Shown: one piece after another, positions 14,701 to 29,143 of the stretch
Position numbering within the stretch: position 1 is the stretch's first letter
How the letters are laid out: every line of letters begins with the position of its first letter
Assembly (NCBI RefSeq): GCF_003704095.1
Contig: NW_020846294.1
Span: 372,001 to 436,000 of the forward strand
Reading direction: 5' to 3'
Source of the DNA: Pocillopora damicornis
Taxonomy: Eukaryota
Length of the DNA stretch: 64,000 nt
Program-made: the position numbers and the translations under genes
Notes under the pieces: model-generated
Told to the model about the DNA's origin: nothing
Seen by the model: only the letters and a program-made list of their open reading frames with translations
Database searches by the model: none

Positions 14701-17700
14701 GTCCTGGTAGTGGGAGACTTAGCAGCAGTCTATCAGCTCTGAACAATGGAAGCTTGTTTGGAGATGATGAAGTAAGTAAAGAGCAAAACGTTGCACAGAC
14801 CCAAAAACTGGATGCTCAAGATAATCATGTAAGTACAATGTATATTTAACAATTTGAGATCTTTCTGTACCAAGTTCAAATATTGTGCTCTGATTCTCTG
14901 TTAGATTTTTGTTCTTGTAGCTGTTGGTAGTCTGGGGTTTTGAACAATGTTAAACTTACATTTAGTTACCTAATGACTTCATGCAAAGCTGTACAGTCTG
15001 CCCTCATAAGCTGGCTACTTTCATTTTGACCCTTTAACTCCCATAAGTGACCAAGACAGAATTTCTCCTTACAACATCAACACAATATCAAGCAGACAAG
15101 TGATGAGAATAAAGAAAAATATTAATTTGGGGGATTATTTATATCAAATTCTCCAAACTAACATAACAAGAACAATATGGCTGACAGTAAGGAGAATTAT
15201 TAATGAGATCTTGGGAGTTAAAGGGTTAATTTACCACAATTGTGACAATGAAGTATAATACAACTATTTAAATATCATTTCAGTCATTAAGGATAATTTT
15301 TACTTTATGTGGCTTTATAGCTCAGCCTATTGCAGCACCAAATCAGTACCTGGTTGGCAATTATATACAATATTTTACAAATCCTGAATCAGTTTCCATT
15401 TTCTGCAATGACTTTATAATTTTAGTCTACCTTTAAAATACATTTTATTTAGTAACTGTTGCAAAAAAGAGAAGCTGATTCTAGACTATTTATTTACTTG
15501 TCTAATACTCACCTTGAGCTAAGGGGGGGCAGGGCCTAGTTTTTTGTCGCTTTCCCTGTGTGCTTTTCTTCCTTCTGCAATTCTTTTTTTTTACTCAGAA
15601 TTAGGGGGTGCCAATGCCACCCAGGCCTCCCATAGATCTGCTACTATAAGTGATTAGACATGTGATTGTTTTTCTCTTGTCTAGATTGATAGGCTTCCTA
15701 GGTCACAGGATTTTTCTCTTGATCAAAGTGGCAAAGATAGCCACCAACTGTAAGTACAGGCCTGTTCAAAACCCCCATCTCCTCACCCTTTTTTTCTTCC
15801 TCTTTCTGTCAATCCATCCCTTTATTCCCACTTTCTTGGAAGTCCCTTTCTTTCTTCTCTGTCTCTCTAACCACAGCTGCACCATGTCTAAGTATGCCAC
15901 ACCTTTTTACTGAACCCTCTACATCCTGACATCAGTATGCACATTCTCTATACAGTTCTCCATACATTTCCTAAGTTGCTGACAGGGCGAATTTGTGCAA
16001 CAATCAAGAGTTTCTTTCGCTGGTAATCATTTCCTTTATTCTCATGACCTTAATGTTTGATTCAGGAGTAAATAAGGAGGAATTAGATGCTAGTCACTCT
16101 TAGGGGTTAAATGGTTTATACATTATCTTGTAAAATTCTCCACTGAATAATATGGCCTTAATATGCTGCATTTCAGAGGAGACATTTCTCCAAGGGAATC
16201 AAGAAAAACTACATCTCATAGGAGCTCAACAAGGTACTACTTTAACTGTAACAGTAATTTTCTTCTTGATATAGTGGTTGAATAGCTAAAGAATCAATTG
16301 TGGTCTGTGTTGATGAGAAATGTTGCTTTTTTCTATTGCAGAAACCAGCCTCCATCTAACTTCAAGGTGCACAAGGTAACTGCATTGTCTGTGTCTCTGT
16401 GTCTGTTTAAGGTATNNNNNNNNNNNNNNNNNNNNNNNNNNNNNNNNNNNNNNNNNNNNNNNNNNNNNNNNNNNNNNNNNNNNNNNNNNNNNNNNNNNNN
16501 NNNNNNNNNNNNNNNNNNNNNNNNNNNNNNNNNNNNNNNNNNNNNNNNNNNNNNNNNNNNNNNNNNNNNNNNNNNNNNNNNNNNNNNNNNNNNNNNNNNN
16601 NNNNNNNNNNNNNNNNNNNNNNNNNNNNNNNNNNNNNNNNNNNNNNNNNNNNNNNNNNNNNNNNNNNNNNNNNNNNNNNNNNNNNNNNNNNNNNNNNNNN
16701 NNNNNNNNNNNNNNNNNNNNNNNNNNNNNNNNNNNNNNNNNNNNNNNNNNNNNNNNNNNNNNNNNNNNNNNNNNNNNNNNNNNNNNNNNNNNNNNNNNNN
16801 NNNNNNNNNNNNNNNNNNNNNNNNNNNNNNNNNNNNNNNNNNNNNNNNNNNNNNNNNNNNNNNNNNNNNNNNNNNNNNNNNNNNNNNNNNNNNNNNNNNN
16901 NNNNNNNNNNNNNNNCAGTAAGGAGAGTTACTTATGAGAACTTAGGAGTTTTAAAAAGGGTCAAAGGATCATTTGCACTCCACAAATCATTTTTGTCATA
17001 ATTATTATTATTTTTTGCTCAGGCTAAAAGTAGTGATCTGGTGTTTGAAGATGTTGATGAGGATCTTGATCAGGAACTTGCACAGTTGTCATTAGGTAGG
17101 TATACATTGTACACATATAAATTTTATGGCATTTTTTAATGAAAGCCATTTATGATCATTTACCCCTGCTTTTAAACATCTTAATCAACCTTGCATAACT
17201 GTGCTTTACACAGAGTTTTCCCTTTTTTGGGGGGTTTTTCTAAGTTGGGACAGTTGTTATCAGTGGTACTTCACTTCTTGTCGATATTCTGCCAATAGAA
17301 ACCTCAAGTTTTCCTTCCAATAAAAGAAGAAAGAGCGGATTTGAGGGACATTAAGTGGAACTAAACAACATAATGTCAACTTAAGCACTGTTGTTACTAT
17401 CATTACAATAAAATGGGAAGCTCTTATCATTTTATCATAACATTCTACAAATTGAATGTGTGATTTTGCTTATACATACGCATTTTTTGTCTCAGGTCCA
17501 AAGAAGATTGCCTCAGTTGATGTTCAGAGTAAGCCTATATCGCTAGAAATTGCCATGGTAAGTCAAAGCAGGTAATATTCACCGCTTGAAATGATTCTGG
17601 ATTGTTTGTTTGTTTTTTGTTCATACTATATTTTATCTCTTTTTTTTAATCAGGGTTTGAAAAATCTTATCTTTGGAACTGCTACAGCAAGCTTTAATCC

Positions 17701-20700
17701 AGAATGGAGGAATCAGAGCTTTTCTTTCTGTGACCTTTATCAACTAGAGTACGGAATTGTTCAACTGAAGGTAATGAAAACGTCGCTTTTGTGGTTAATC
17801 TTGGTATTTTTGTCATTTGGTCTTACTTCCTCTTAAGAGGAGTTTAAACCCTGCTATGGACCAACATCTCGTTAATGAGGAGAAGAAATCCAAAACTTGG
17901 GATGACTTGCCAGATGTGTGATATTTGATTCGTGATATGTGATGCGCACTGCGTGATACGAAATACATGATACGTGATACGATAGTCAGTGTGATGAGAT
18001 GATTTTCCTCAATTTAGGGAGGATCGTGTGGTGTTCTTGCTGCTGTTCAAGGATTTGTCCTAAAACATTTGCTGTTCGGAGGAAAGAAGGGCGACAGAAA
18101 GAAGTAAGCACTATACTCTCTCTTTTCGTTTGGTACCTGCACTTTTGGTAGGCTCTGGTGTATGTGTCTGTGGCAAGATATTGCCATATATATTGATATG
18201 TGTCTGAGCACTCTGTTGTTGTCGACAGGAAACTCCAACCTTCGTCCCGAGAGAGAACAAAAGCTCTAACGTCTGCTCTGAGTGAAATTCTTTGGAGGGC
18301 AGGAAACAGCAAAACAGCTACTGTGGCTTTGTGAGTTAAGCAGAATTAACCCCTAAACCCCCAAGAACTGAATGTTAATTCTCCCTTGTAGCTGCCATAA
18401 TAGGCTCCCGTGTTTGGGTTACGCCTTGCTACCCCTTTTTCGGGCGCAGCAGACTATTACACCGTCGGAAGCCGCCTAAGGAGAAAGTTATTGAAAGCCT
18501 AGAATCTTGCACCACTTCCAGCGCTCAACTGAAATTGAAGGAGAGGGCCTGGAGATCACAGGCTAATTTGAATTGCGATGCACCATTAAAGACCACAGAA
18601 TACTACTCAGAGAGATGCAGACTCTTACTCTAGTTCTAATATATAGCAGTTTAGTTAAACTGTCTGTTCTGTGGTTTATTGTTTATTTAAGTGGACTTTG
18701 TGTTCTGCAAAATTGACTTATGAATATCTATAATGCGACTTTTAATTATTTTGCTCTCTAAAAGACCTACCGGTGGATCCAACTTTTTCGGTGCTGGAAG
18801 ATATAAACCTGACCAGCTGACAGAAGCAGTAAGTATTATATTTTCTTCAAGTGGCTAATTCGTCGGAATTTTTGGTTAGTGATAGATACATTCTTTTCAT
18901 TTAAGATGATAAGAGCTTTTTGATCCAAGTTGTAGGTAAATAAATTGATATTTTGCAATGTCAGCTGTTCATGAATTTAATGATGATGTGCTTTACCTAT
19001 CATCAATCTCTTTAGCTTGTTTTACATGATTTCAAGTCTTCGGAAAGTCTTCACAGCTTTCTCTCCCAAAACATAACTCAGGTAAGGTTTGTTATGTTTT
19101 AAAATTTATCTGCAAAGACCGGGAAAGACGGCACGCAGTAATTTGCGAGCCATTTGTAGATGTATATTTACAGTGTTTTGAAACCTTAAATGCTATTAAT
19201 GGCTCAATATATTTTTGAAGCTCGAGGCAAGAACATAAGTTTAGAATTCTAAGAGTTACATACATGTAGGTAGCCTTGAATGTCTTAAAGGTGTCCTTAG
19301 CGTGGTTTGTTCAGCAATCAACTCCTTCTAAACCAAGAAAGAACAGGGATGGCCAAGGATGTCTAATGATGGCCAATATTGGCCAGGAATGGAAAATATA
19401 GCAACAGATTGCAGATGATGAGCTTAAAAACCTAGGAAAAATTTTTCGAGAAATTAATTCCTCATGAATTTAGAAAAAAAAGCACAATCTACACTTGTGG
19501 TGTGACGTGTATCATTTGTGATGTGGTATATGCATTCCATATATTTCCTTAGCGAGTGCTCAGTTCTTTAAGCTGATGAGACATTGAGTTAAAAGTCTTG
19601 ATAAAAATAATGGAAAATGCAGTTCTTGCTGGGTTTCTTACAGCCATGTTTTTTGTTTTACTTTTCAGTTTGAATCTGACAAAAGCAGTGGGTGTATTTT
19701 GTTGTTATATTCCGCAATATTGTCAAGATCAATTCAAAAGTACGTGTGTTTTCTCGGTTTTTCTTTCGAAATTTATGGCTCACTTGTTTAGCTGACTAAG
19801 TTATAGTATTCGTCTTTTCGTAGGGTAATCTCAGATATGGATGAACCAACAAATACTCTGATGGGAGCCCACGGTTATTGTACGCAGGTTAGTCATAATT
19901 AGATTGCCTTGAATAGAGCATCAAGTTGAGAAAGACTGTTTTCCTCGCGTGACTACAGCAGTCAAATGTAACGCATGCGCAAATGAGGTAGTTTTGGCCA
20001 GCCGCGCACTAGTTTCCCGCGCAAAATTTGAAAGGGAAGTGGAAGAACTAGACGTCGTTACGCAAAATTTACGAAAATAATTTGAAAAAGGAAGGAAAAA
20101 TGGGGAAAAGAAATCTTGAGACTTGTCGAAAGCAAAATGCGGGTATTCTTTTTACTTACCATTTTCTTTTGAACTTTATCAAAAAAGTTACCACAAAGGC
20201 TTCAAAGACAGGAGCTTGATGAACGCAAACACACTAACTACAGTCTTGCTCACTTTTCTGCTTGCTTTCTACGCGCAAAGTTCCCGGATATCCTTTTCCT
20301 TTATGCTATACCGCTGGCCTAGTATACTTCACTTTGTCTTATTGACGTCCTCTCATTTAAGGAAATGGTCAACCTAATTGTCACTGGCAAAGCAACATCC
20401 AACACATCTGACAACATTATGGAAATCGACACTGGAGGGGCAAAGAAGGTGACGTCTGTAACTTCACTAATACGTTTTGGTAACGAAAGTTGTTCAACCT
20501 TGATCAGTATAGAGAAAAATCTTTGATAGGAAGCGTTTTCATACACACAAAGATGTGGAACATCCAACCGGAGCATAGGAGACTCGATAGGCAGCGGCCG
20601 TTGGATGGAAGAAGGGGCTCCAAGAAAGACTCTAACGACCAATTTTTTTTTTGGGGGGGGGAAGAAACCGTGTAGAGGGAGCGGGGGGATGTGTAGCCTA

Positions 20701-23541
20701 GGTGAACACTCGGATGCATGATTTTTCTTTTACTTTGCTTGGTGCACAATTTCATAGTTCAGTTATCGAGGACTGTAATAGTAAAATCAATTTTTGTCTT
20801 TTTCTAAATTCTCCTTTTAAATTATTCCTTTTTTTTTAGAATGTATTTAAAGGAATAGAAAAACAAAGCGACATTGGACTTCTGTCGCTATTTGAACACT
20901 ACAAGTCATGCGAGGTGGGCTACATTTTAGTCACGTTGTCTTTGAACGTTTCATGTTGTAAGGCAGATCAACTATTGTAACCAAATATTGTTGGTAAGTT
21001 TTATTTGTTGAGTTCCCCATCGGGCTTCCGTTTTGATCTTATCCAATCTCAGTCATCCTTGTCTTTTCTAGGTGCATTACCGGCTCATTCATCTTTTCTT
21101 ATCTTACCCAACCAATATATTGTATCTCGGTAGAGTCTGCGGTAGCTTTGTACCGTACAAAGAGTCCTTTAACAATCGTCAAGAAGTTCTTCTAATTCTC
21201 TAAGCCCCAGAGTCTACCTATGAAGTCTCCTTAGAAGTCTTCATTCATTTTCTTGTAACAACTGTGGTTAGAATTTGTCACAGACAAGAGCAGTTTCTAT
21301 TCAGAGATCACTTCCTTCATTCTTGTTACCGTGGCATGTAATAATGTATTGTTTTTTTTGTAAAGAGAAACTAAAATCTGGTTACACTTTGGGCTCAAAG
21401 GATCAATGAAGAGATGATCATGCTGCTGAAAGATTGTTTCTTTTTGTCTCATTTTAAGGTTGGTATCAACTTCAAGAGCCCCAAGTATCCCATCTGGGTC
21501 ATCTGCAGCGAGAGTCACTTCAGTGTACTGTTCTCTGTGGACAGAAACCTCTTGGATGATTGGTAGGTACTTGTTCCTTTTAACACGATGTGTTAATTGA
21601 GGATTGGCATTTGTTACCTGGCTATAAGAACATTTCATTTTTGCATTAAATTCGGGAGGGGATAGTAATGTCGTGATTTAAGTCTATCAACTTGACTTTT
21701 TCTCTTACTTTCGTACTCATCGTTGTACTGTGGAACCTCGCAAACTCGACTTTGGATGACTCGAAATTCGCGCAATTTTCCTTGAAGCGCACTTCGCAGA
21801 GAAGTAAAATGAACTAACTCGAACTCTCTCAGTCTTCCGGACTGTTTTCCAATAGAATGAAGGGGGTAAGGTTCTAAAGAAACTGTGCTGCTGCGTCATT
21901 GGGAGAGTATAACAAGGTAATTTGGTATATCAACTGAGTTGATGATCTAAATAGGCCACCGTAACTGAAGAGTTTAAAAGCTGATGTTTCGAGCGTTAGC
22001 CCTTCGTTAGAGCGAATGGCGAATGGATAACGCTCGAAACTCAGTTGATAATACCAAATAACCCTCAGTTTTACATTTGCCTTGACAGTTCAACTAAGTA
22101 GGGCTCTGCTGTAGCGTTTTTACATGAGTTTCAATTTCTATTCCCTTAACAAATGATTGAAAATGGCGTGCCTCGATAAAACTTGGAAGGTTTGGGTGGA
22201 AAACCGATAAAATAACGAGAGACTGTCTACAATCCAAGCCTTTCTTGGTAATACAAGTTAGATAATAACAAATTTTAATGATTTTTCTTTTTCGCTGTGT
22301 AGGAAGTTAGAAAAGAAGTTTGATCTTTATTACTATGACGGTCTGGCCCGCCAAGAGGAGGAAATCAAACTAACAATAGGTAAGGTCGTCATATGTAAAA
22401 TCAGCTTACAGAAACGTCAAGGTAATGAAACTCGTGCCTCAAGCGTAGCCGGAGAAATACGGGTGACGAGGGCGCGATTTGTTTTTGTCTGGCATCTGAT
22501 TGGTTAAAAATGGGCGTGAAGCGTTATTTCTTGACCAATCACAGAGCGGTAAACAAAAGCAATCCTGGATTACTTTGTCGACCTTGATACACTCAATAAA
22601 AAAAAGAGCAGAGAATACATAAGGCGTCAGCGCTGGTTATAGCAGTGTTGCCCTCTCAGAATATTACTGGCTAAGTTACGCTGTGATGTGAAAACTGTTT
22701 TGGCAGTTACGAGGAGAAGGTCTGTGGACTCGAAATATTTTCAGAGTGAAATATTGTTGAGATTTGCTTGGTGAATGATGTTTGACTCTTACCGGTGGTT
22801 CCCACAATCAATCAATTTATTATACTATAAATGTAAGCCATTTTAACAATAGATTTGGCACAGTACTCATGTTTATACTTAACTCTGTTCATTTGGCTTT
22901 AACTAGATACAACAAGGGAATGTCCTGATTACAAAGACACCGATCTTGTCCCTCCACTAGAACACTGCATTAGAACAAGGTTTGTAAATCATAGTGGTTT
23001 AAGAGAGAATTTTTTTGTTGTGAAAGCCTGCCCAGGTGCTCAGATAGAATTTAGCGTTGCAAAGAAAAACACGCGGAACAAATGCAAGGGTGAAGAAAGC
23101 TTGTTCAAACCTCAGACTTCTGCGATCATTTTCCTAAAGGCCTAGATCGTTTCAAAATGACGCCTTGCCAAAAAAAAAAAAACTTCAAGTAAGATTTTTT
23201 TAACCTATCCTTCTGAATGTAATACAAAACATTTTCACGTCTTTGCTGAATGCCAGCTTAACCAGGAGTGGATATTCCTATAGGCGACCCTATACCCTTT
23301 ATGTGGACAAGTGCAACTGAAGTCTGTCCCAGGCCCTTCCAATTCTTCAGTAATATTTTGATCGCTAACCTTTAATTCGTGCTAAAGGACAAACAATCGA
23401 CTTTGGACCATAGCCATTCCTACAACGTCTGTAATAAATTGCGAATCCGATATGGTTCACCAAAGAAATTATATTTGCCACTTTCTCTGCAGATGGAAAA
23501 ATGCTGTAGTAGACTGGAATGGATCGGAGCCAATTTTGTGA
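11798..23541 (+). CDS. MINDY4: Probable ubiquitin carboxyl-terminal hydrolase MINDY-4 (FAM188B)
   Basis: Exons 11798-11857 ([20 protein letters not shown]), 12715-12770, 13277-13340, 13836-13960, 14303-14828, 15685-15749, 16177-16233, 16342-16375, 17023-17095, 17496-17557, 17654-17770, 18018-18103 (catalytic Cys [11 protein letters not shown]), 18229-18330, 18765-18828, 19016-19081, 19669-19739, 19824-19887 (HGYCTQ), 20362-20448, 20840-20914, 21459-21562 ([13 protein letters not shown], catalytic His), 22303-22379, 22907-22979 (PPLEHCIRT), 23493-23541 ([15 protein letters not shown]). Phases join throughout. The linker exons at 15.6-16.4 kb are less certain, and an exon could hide in the 16416-16915 gap. 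Confidence 0.92.
12356..12578 (+). mobile_element. piggyBac-like MITE, family B
   Basis: TTAACCCTTTACACCCTAATATCAGTATGCATATTCTCC...GTCAAAGAGTTAA. Partial or degenerate copies also at about 9700-9897, 10215-10300, 42860-43077, 48950-49146, 53781-53990, 54345-54400 and 56067-56175. Confidence 0.75.
15026..15229 (+). mobile_element. piggyBac-like MITE, family A
   Basis: Colinear with 43928-44140; ends gagttaaagggTTAA. Confidence 0.75.
15911..16118 (+). mobile_element. piggyBac-like MITE, family B
   Basis: Colinear with 12356-12578. Confidence 0.7.
21860..22062 (-). mobile_element. Penelope-like terminal fragment with a degenerate hammerhead (MINDY4 intron)
   Basis: Same family; the minus strand reads gctCTAACGAagggctaacgctcGAAAcatcagc (CUGA mutated to CUAA), with a short inverted remnant at about 22027-22062. 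Smaller pieces at about 14190-14250 and 51045-51120. Confidence 0.55.
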
Positions 23542-25359
23542 TGTTCGCTTGCGTTGAATTCAATAAAACCAGGGATTCTTTTGTGGGTGGATCTACTAAC
23601 AGGAATTTGGAAAATGCCTGTGAAAGATATTCCTAAAAATATTTTTAGCGCAAAGTGCATGAAATCTCCCCAGAGATAGTTAGTGTTGGATACCTGAGGA
23701 AAACGTCCATTTGACTCTTTTTTGTTGCAATGGCATTGTTCAATATGGAAATAAAGAAACAGATTAACGGTGCGAGTTGCTTAGTAATCTCTGTAATGTA
23801 GTAACCGACATGGTAAATAGCAATTCATTTTCTCTCACATTCACGTCTACCTGACCAATCTATAAAATCTATAATTGATAAAAATTGATAGCAGTCATAC
23901 CAACATTTATGGATTTTCATTGAGAGATTTTAATGAGCAATAGGGGCACAGAATGGTCCTTGCGAGTGTTAGAGCACTCTGTTCTAATTTGCAGTGATTA
24001 CGATTGTCATGCACGATTTTTACAATTTTAAATGGCCATGTTCTATGGCGATGATCCTTGTTTAATTTCTCGCCGTTTTTCGTTATTTCGTCTTCGTTTT
24101 TAAAATAATTGGGATATACGGCTAATTCGGCGCAAGGAAAAACTACAGTTTTGTGCGTGAAACCTTCAAACCCCTAGTTACACGAACGTAATTTCATGCA
24201 AACAGGAAACCAACCATTCATGCGAGCAACTGCAAAATTTGTTCGTGCACCAGCATGCTATCGAAAGGGCTATTTGAGCTTGAAAATTTATTGGTAGACC
24301 ACTTTAGTAGATGTAATAATTGCAAAGAGGTTTAATCCAAAGCAAAATTATTTGAACAGCTGCTGTGCTCATTAATTGGGGTTTGTGGTTTGTGGTCCCA
24401 CTTGGGGTTAATAAAAGAAAACAATCCTAGCTGACCCCTTGTTTCCCCAACAAGTACCATGCGAACATCCATTTAATACTGCAATTCTCGAAAATCAAAT
24501 GAGGATATAGACAAGATCATTGATAGAATAATTATTAAGAGGACAGAAATAATTTAAAATAGAAATGAATTTAATATCTTTTCTTTGCAATGTATAAAAA
24601 ATTTCATGCCTTCCATTCAACCATCCTAAGCTAAATTGAAATTAAAGCATAACCTGGATGAAGAACATTGCTACCTAATGAAGAATAAAAATGTATTAGT
24701 GATCCAGTCGTTTCTCCTGCCACGGTTGGCATAGGGAACTGGTATCTGCTTTCGCGGCAAAACAACAAGGGACGTTGCATTGTGTTATCGCTTTGTTATG
24801 TTCTTTTTAGTAGCCGACAATGAACGCATTTTGGCACCAAAATTTGAATATGAATAGAATACCATCAAAACTTATACCAGTTATATATTGAATTCGGTTT
24901 TTCTGTTTACATTGTAATCATTCAACGCTTCCCTAAGTTATCTGGAAAAAAAAATTTAGGTTTTTTTTTAATTGCATTCGATGGTGAAACCTTTTTCAGT
25001 CAGATGCAAATGCTGACACAATGACAAGCTTTAAAAATGGTGTGTGCTCTTGTATATGTCTCTTTACATATTTCTATATTTCAATATATTTATTTACAGA
25101 TATATTGATATGGATGTATAGATACGTGGTGAATGATCGTGAACATTAAAAAGAATTAGACAGAAGCAAAGCAATATTCAAACTCATCAATTATTTGGTA
25201 TGATGTAAACTTTCCTTAAGTTGTCCCAAGAGTCAAGTTTGGTGATAATTGGCCAAACACCTCTATGCCAACAAAACAAAAGTAATTATACAACAAACCC
25301 GCTTAATTATTCTACAAGTCCATGTTCAACAACACCACTCTTAAATCGCAAGTGCAACC

Positions 25360-26862
25360 ATGTTGGAAGAGCTGGCATGGGTCTTTCTAGCAGTAATCGT
25401 TGTTAAATTGATCTTGGATCACTTTACTGCCAACAAAAATCTTCCACCTGGACCATTTCCGCTCCCGATCATTGGTAATGCGCACAAATTGGCCGCTGAT
25501 TCACGCCATATTGACCTTATGAAACTTGAAAAACAATACGGCAAAGTATTTCGTTTGTATCTCGGTAATCAGCTCGTGGTAATCGTTAGCGGTGGAGAAG
25601 CGCTGAAAGAAGTTCTCGTCACAAAATCGGCCGATTTCGCTGGACGTCCGAATCTCTACACCTCACAGGTTTATTCAAAGGGAAAGGCAATCGCGCTGGC
25701 AGATTATTCTCCGGAATGGCGACTGCATCGCAAGATTGCTGTCTCTGCGCTCAAGATGTACAGCAACAACAGAATAAACCAAGGATCCGTAATCAATGAA
25801 GAGTTTGATCTGCTGTTAAAAAGGGTCCATGCCAGAAATGGTCAACCACATGACATCACAAGAGAGATACGACTGGCTGTGACGAATGTGGTTTGTGCTG
25901 TAGTGTTCGGTTCGAGATTCGAACTTGACGACCCGGAGTTCACAAAGTTCTTAGACATCACCAATGCTTTGGCGAAGATGGTCGCGGCTGGGAGCATTGT
26001 GGACGTTTTTCCTTGGCTCGGTTGGATCCCATTTAAGTCTCTTCAGAATCTAAGGGAAAAATGCAAGGAACGAGATGAGCTTCTAGGAAAGAAATTTGTT
26101 GAACATGTGGGGGCGAACAGAGTGTTACATCCACAAGACCTGACAGATTCGTTATTGAAGGCAAGAAAGGAAGCTGAGGACGAAGACTCCGCTGTCAAAG
26201 GATTCCTCTCTGACGAACACCTAATTATGACCATGAGCGACATCTTTATTGCTGGAATGGAGACCACTGCAAGCACCTTGTGTTGGGCACTGATACACTT
26301 GATTCACAACCCTGAGGTCCAGCAGATGCTGCATCAAGAGCTGGATCACGTCATTGGCCCGGATCGTTTGCCAGAACTAGGAGACAAGAAGAATCTTCCG
26401 TATGTAGAGGCGACCATTACAGAAACTCTGCGCATCTCCTCTCTTGTACCTTTGTCAGTTCCTCATAAGGCAACAGTAGACACCTCTCTGCAAGGATACT
26501 GTGTTCCAAAGGGAACCACAGTTTTAACTAATCTATGGTCCATTCACCACGATCCGGATATCTGGGATGAACCATACAGCTTCAGGCCTAAAAGATTTCT
26601 TGATGAAAATGGCAATTTCGCTGCACCATCATTTGACCGTTTCCTGCCCTTTTCTGCGGGGCGCCGTGCCTGCTTAGGAGAGCCTTTGGCACGGATTGAG
26701 CTTTTTCTGGTCTTTGCACGTTTGTTGCACAACTTCAGGTTTGAGAATCCGCCCGGATTTGATCTTCCATCCGTTGAACCCATCGTAGGAATCGTTCTGC
26801 AACCACAACCGTTTAAAGTCTGTGCTCTGAAAAGAAGAGATGTCACGCATTCCAAGTCATGA
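25360..26862 (+). CDS. Cytochrome P450, clan 2 (CYP17A1/CYP1-like), intronless, 500 aa
   Basis: N-terminal TM anchor, PPGPFPLP hinge, WxxxR (WRLHR), I-helix AGMETT, ETLR, PKRF, heme motif FSAGRRACLG. Confidence 0.95.
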   Translation: MLEELAWVFLAVIVVKLILDHFTANKNLPPGPFPLPIIGNAHKLAADSRHIDLMKLEKQYGKVFRLYLGNQLVVIVSGGEALKEVLVTKSADFAGRPNLYTSQVYSKGKAIALADYSPEWRLHRKIAVSALKMYSNNRINQGSVINEEFDLLLKRVHARNGQPHDITREIRLAVTNVVCAVVFGSRFELDDPEFTKFLDITNALAKMVAAGSIVDVFPWLGWIPFKSLQNLREKCKERDELLGKKFVEHVGANRVLHPQDLTDSLLKARKEAEDEDSAVKGFLSDEHLIMTMSDIFIAGMETTASTLCWALIHLIHNPEVQQMLHQELDHVIGPDRLPELGDKKNLPYVEATITETLRISSLVPLSVPHKATVDTSLQGYCVPKGTTVLTNLWSIHHDPDIWDEPYSFRPKRFLDENGNFAAPSFDRFLPFSAGRRACLGEPLARIELFLVFARLLHNFRFENPPGFDLPSVEPIVGIVLQPQPFKVCALKRRDVTHSKS

Positions 26863-29143
26863 AAAGAAAAATAGTTCGTGTGTTTCTTGTTTGTATAAAG
26901 GTTGACAAACTATTTGACAGCAGGGTTAAACCATTGTGTGGTATATTAGCTATGTATTTCCATTGCATTCAGTGAGAAACTTTTCATCTCAAGAATGCCT
27001 GACTCATGATGAAGCCAAGAGAAAGTACTTCAAACGGTCTATGTTCTCTTGTCGAAATATGGAAGGTTTCACTGTACATATATATATATATAGTAAAGTT
27101 AATGGCTGTTGATTTTACCGATTCTTTTTTTCCAATACAAATCTTTATTTACGACGTATATTACTTGCGATACATAAACTCTATTACAACACGTTATTTA
27201 CACGCACTCATTTCCTAACAACACATTCCATAAGTTACACTACTTCAATGAGCTGCGTACATTGAAATCCTATAATTATTACACTGTTTACAATGTTTAC
27301 ATTAATCGAATACTGCATTTCTGACATTAGTAACATCAATTTCATTATTTTAAAAAAATTTCAGTTCTATTACCAAGAGTTGATGAATAACTCTGCAGAT
27401 ACGTTAGTTTTCGTTTACTATTTGAACCGTGAGATAATCTCTTGAACAATTTCCTGATTCTGTATTGTTTTTAAATATTTTAATCATCGCGCCAAATTTT
27501 GGTATTAAATGATGGTCAGAGGTGGTATTGGTTATTCTTTATTTCGCACTCATTTGAACTACTTAGGATGCTTTGAAACTTTGTCCCTAGCTTTGTGTAC
27601 GAGCAGAAACAGCGGAGAACACGCCGCATACCTCCATAGCCCCGTTATTTCCACGAGGTCTAACCCAAAACACGGTTTTACGCAGTCAGTGGGCCTCAGT
27701 CTTTCTCCAGAAGAGGGTTGATTAAATTAAATGATAATCCTTCCACTTTTAGCTTACGGCCCTCTTGAGACTGTTCTCAAAAATGAATGTTCCAATAAAA
27801 GATTCAGTTACTCGAAGATTGTCTAGGCCGCGGTTTTTTGGAACAGCGGCTGAACTTTGTTTAAATAACCGGCCCCTTAAGTGTGGTGATGAGGTGAATA
27901 AATGCGAAAGTACATACGGAGAATACCCTTTATCTACCACAAGTAATGTTCACTGTGCATGTGCTGAATAGTTCTCTTAGAAAAACCAATTAGCTCTGTC
28001 TTTCAGGTACTCCTTTTGGAGCAAGGTTATAAGTATTTAACGAAAAGACTGAAGGGCCTTTGGTGTGCGTTTATCAATTTGCTTATACAAATGAAACCAG
28101 TGACTTATTCGCAAAGAAACGCGTGATACTTGGCTTACCCTACATCCTGCTTCAAAAGTAATGAGAATACTTACATTTATCAGGGAGAAGTTGCTATCTT
28201 GATCTAATACCAAATTCTTGTCACCTCTTTACGAGGAAATGTGTAGCAACTGGAGGGGAGGATTGACAATCAGATCTTGGGAATGTTAAAGCATCCAAAG
28301 CATCTTACGTACTTGGACTAATGGATAACCTGCTGATGTCACAACTGAACTTAAACTGAAAGTAGTCGGCTGCAACATGCAAAATGAATTATTTCTGGTT
28401 TATGCCGTCGATAAATCAAGTCAACTCTCCCTTAAAGACTTCTACTACTTTATTAAACGATCTCGTCTTGTAATTAACCGCTTTCTGTCTCATACAGATC
28501 TCTTTAAGCGACGGTGCCTGCTATCGATGCAAAGAAGTTGACAAAAAGTTTTTTGTTTTCGATAAGAGACCATTATGAATCATTATGAAGGTTTTGCGAA
28601 ATCCTTCCGTTACACAGATGTTACAAAGATTTGTTTTGTGGAAGAAACGAAACGTACAGTATTCTTACCCAAGAGAATATCACAGTTAATATTCTCTTGT
28701 CCTATCATATTGCCAGGTTTTTTGGATAACTGATTTTACCATGATCTAAGGAGGAACACCGTAATTTCGAAATGCAAAGGTACATGTCTTAAAAGCCAAG
28801 AAAAAATGGGTGCCTAGCAGACCGAAGAACGTTGACTGGTTACGAATACACTTGTCAAGGGGAACTTTAACAATTGACAAACGCAACAAAAGATTTATTG
28901 GATTTAATCACTTTCTGGCTCTTTTTGTAAGGAGACAACCTTCATTAAGCGCCCTTTTTACAATGACATACGAGAAAACTTTTTTTTCCGTAAACTTGAA
29001 AATCGATACATCAATAGCAAAAGTGAATCCAGATAAAGCACTGTTCATTTGTATTCTACAAGAAAGCTCTAAGAGTTAGAGATGTAAGAAGAATAACAAA
29101 CGTCCTTTAATTCAGAGTGGAGTCAGACAAACTTTATGATCTT

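Noticed and set aside
16298-16921. 207-aa ORF and other X-rich ORFs
   Set aside because: Artefacts of N gaps.
18018-18050. MINDY4 GGSC instead of the usual GGPC before the catalytic Cys
   Set aside because: Catalytic Cys and His are intact; a single substitution is not evidence of altered function.
26043-26855. Antisense and alternate-frame ORFs over the P450s (also over COASY, ADRM1 and the HMG gene)
   Set aside because: Shadow ORFs of real coding sequence.
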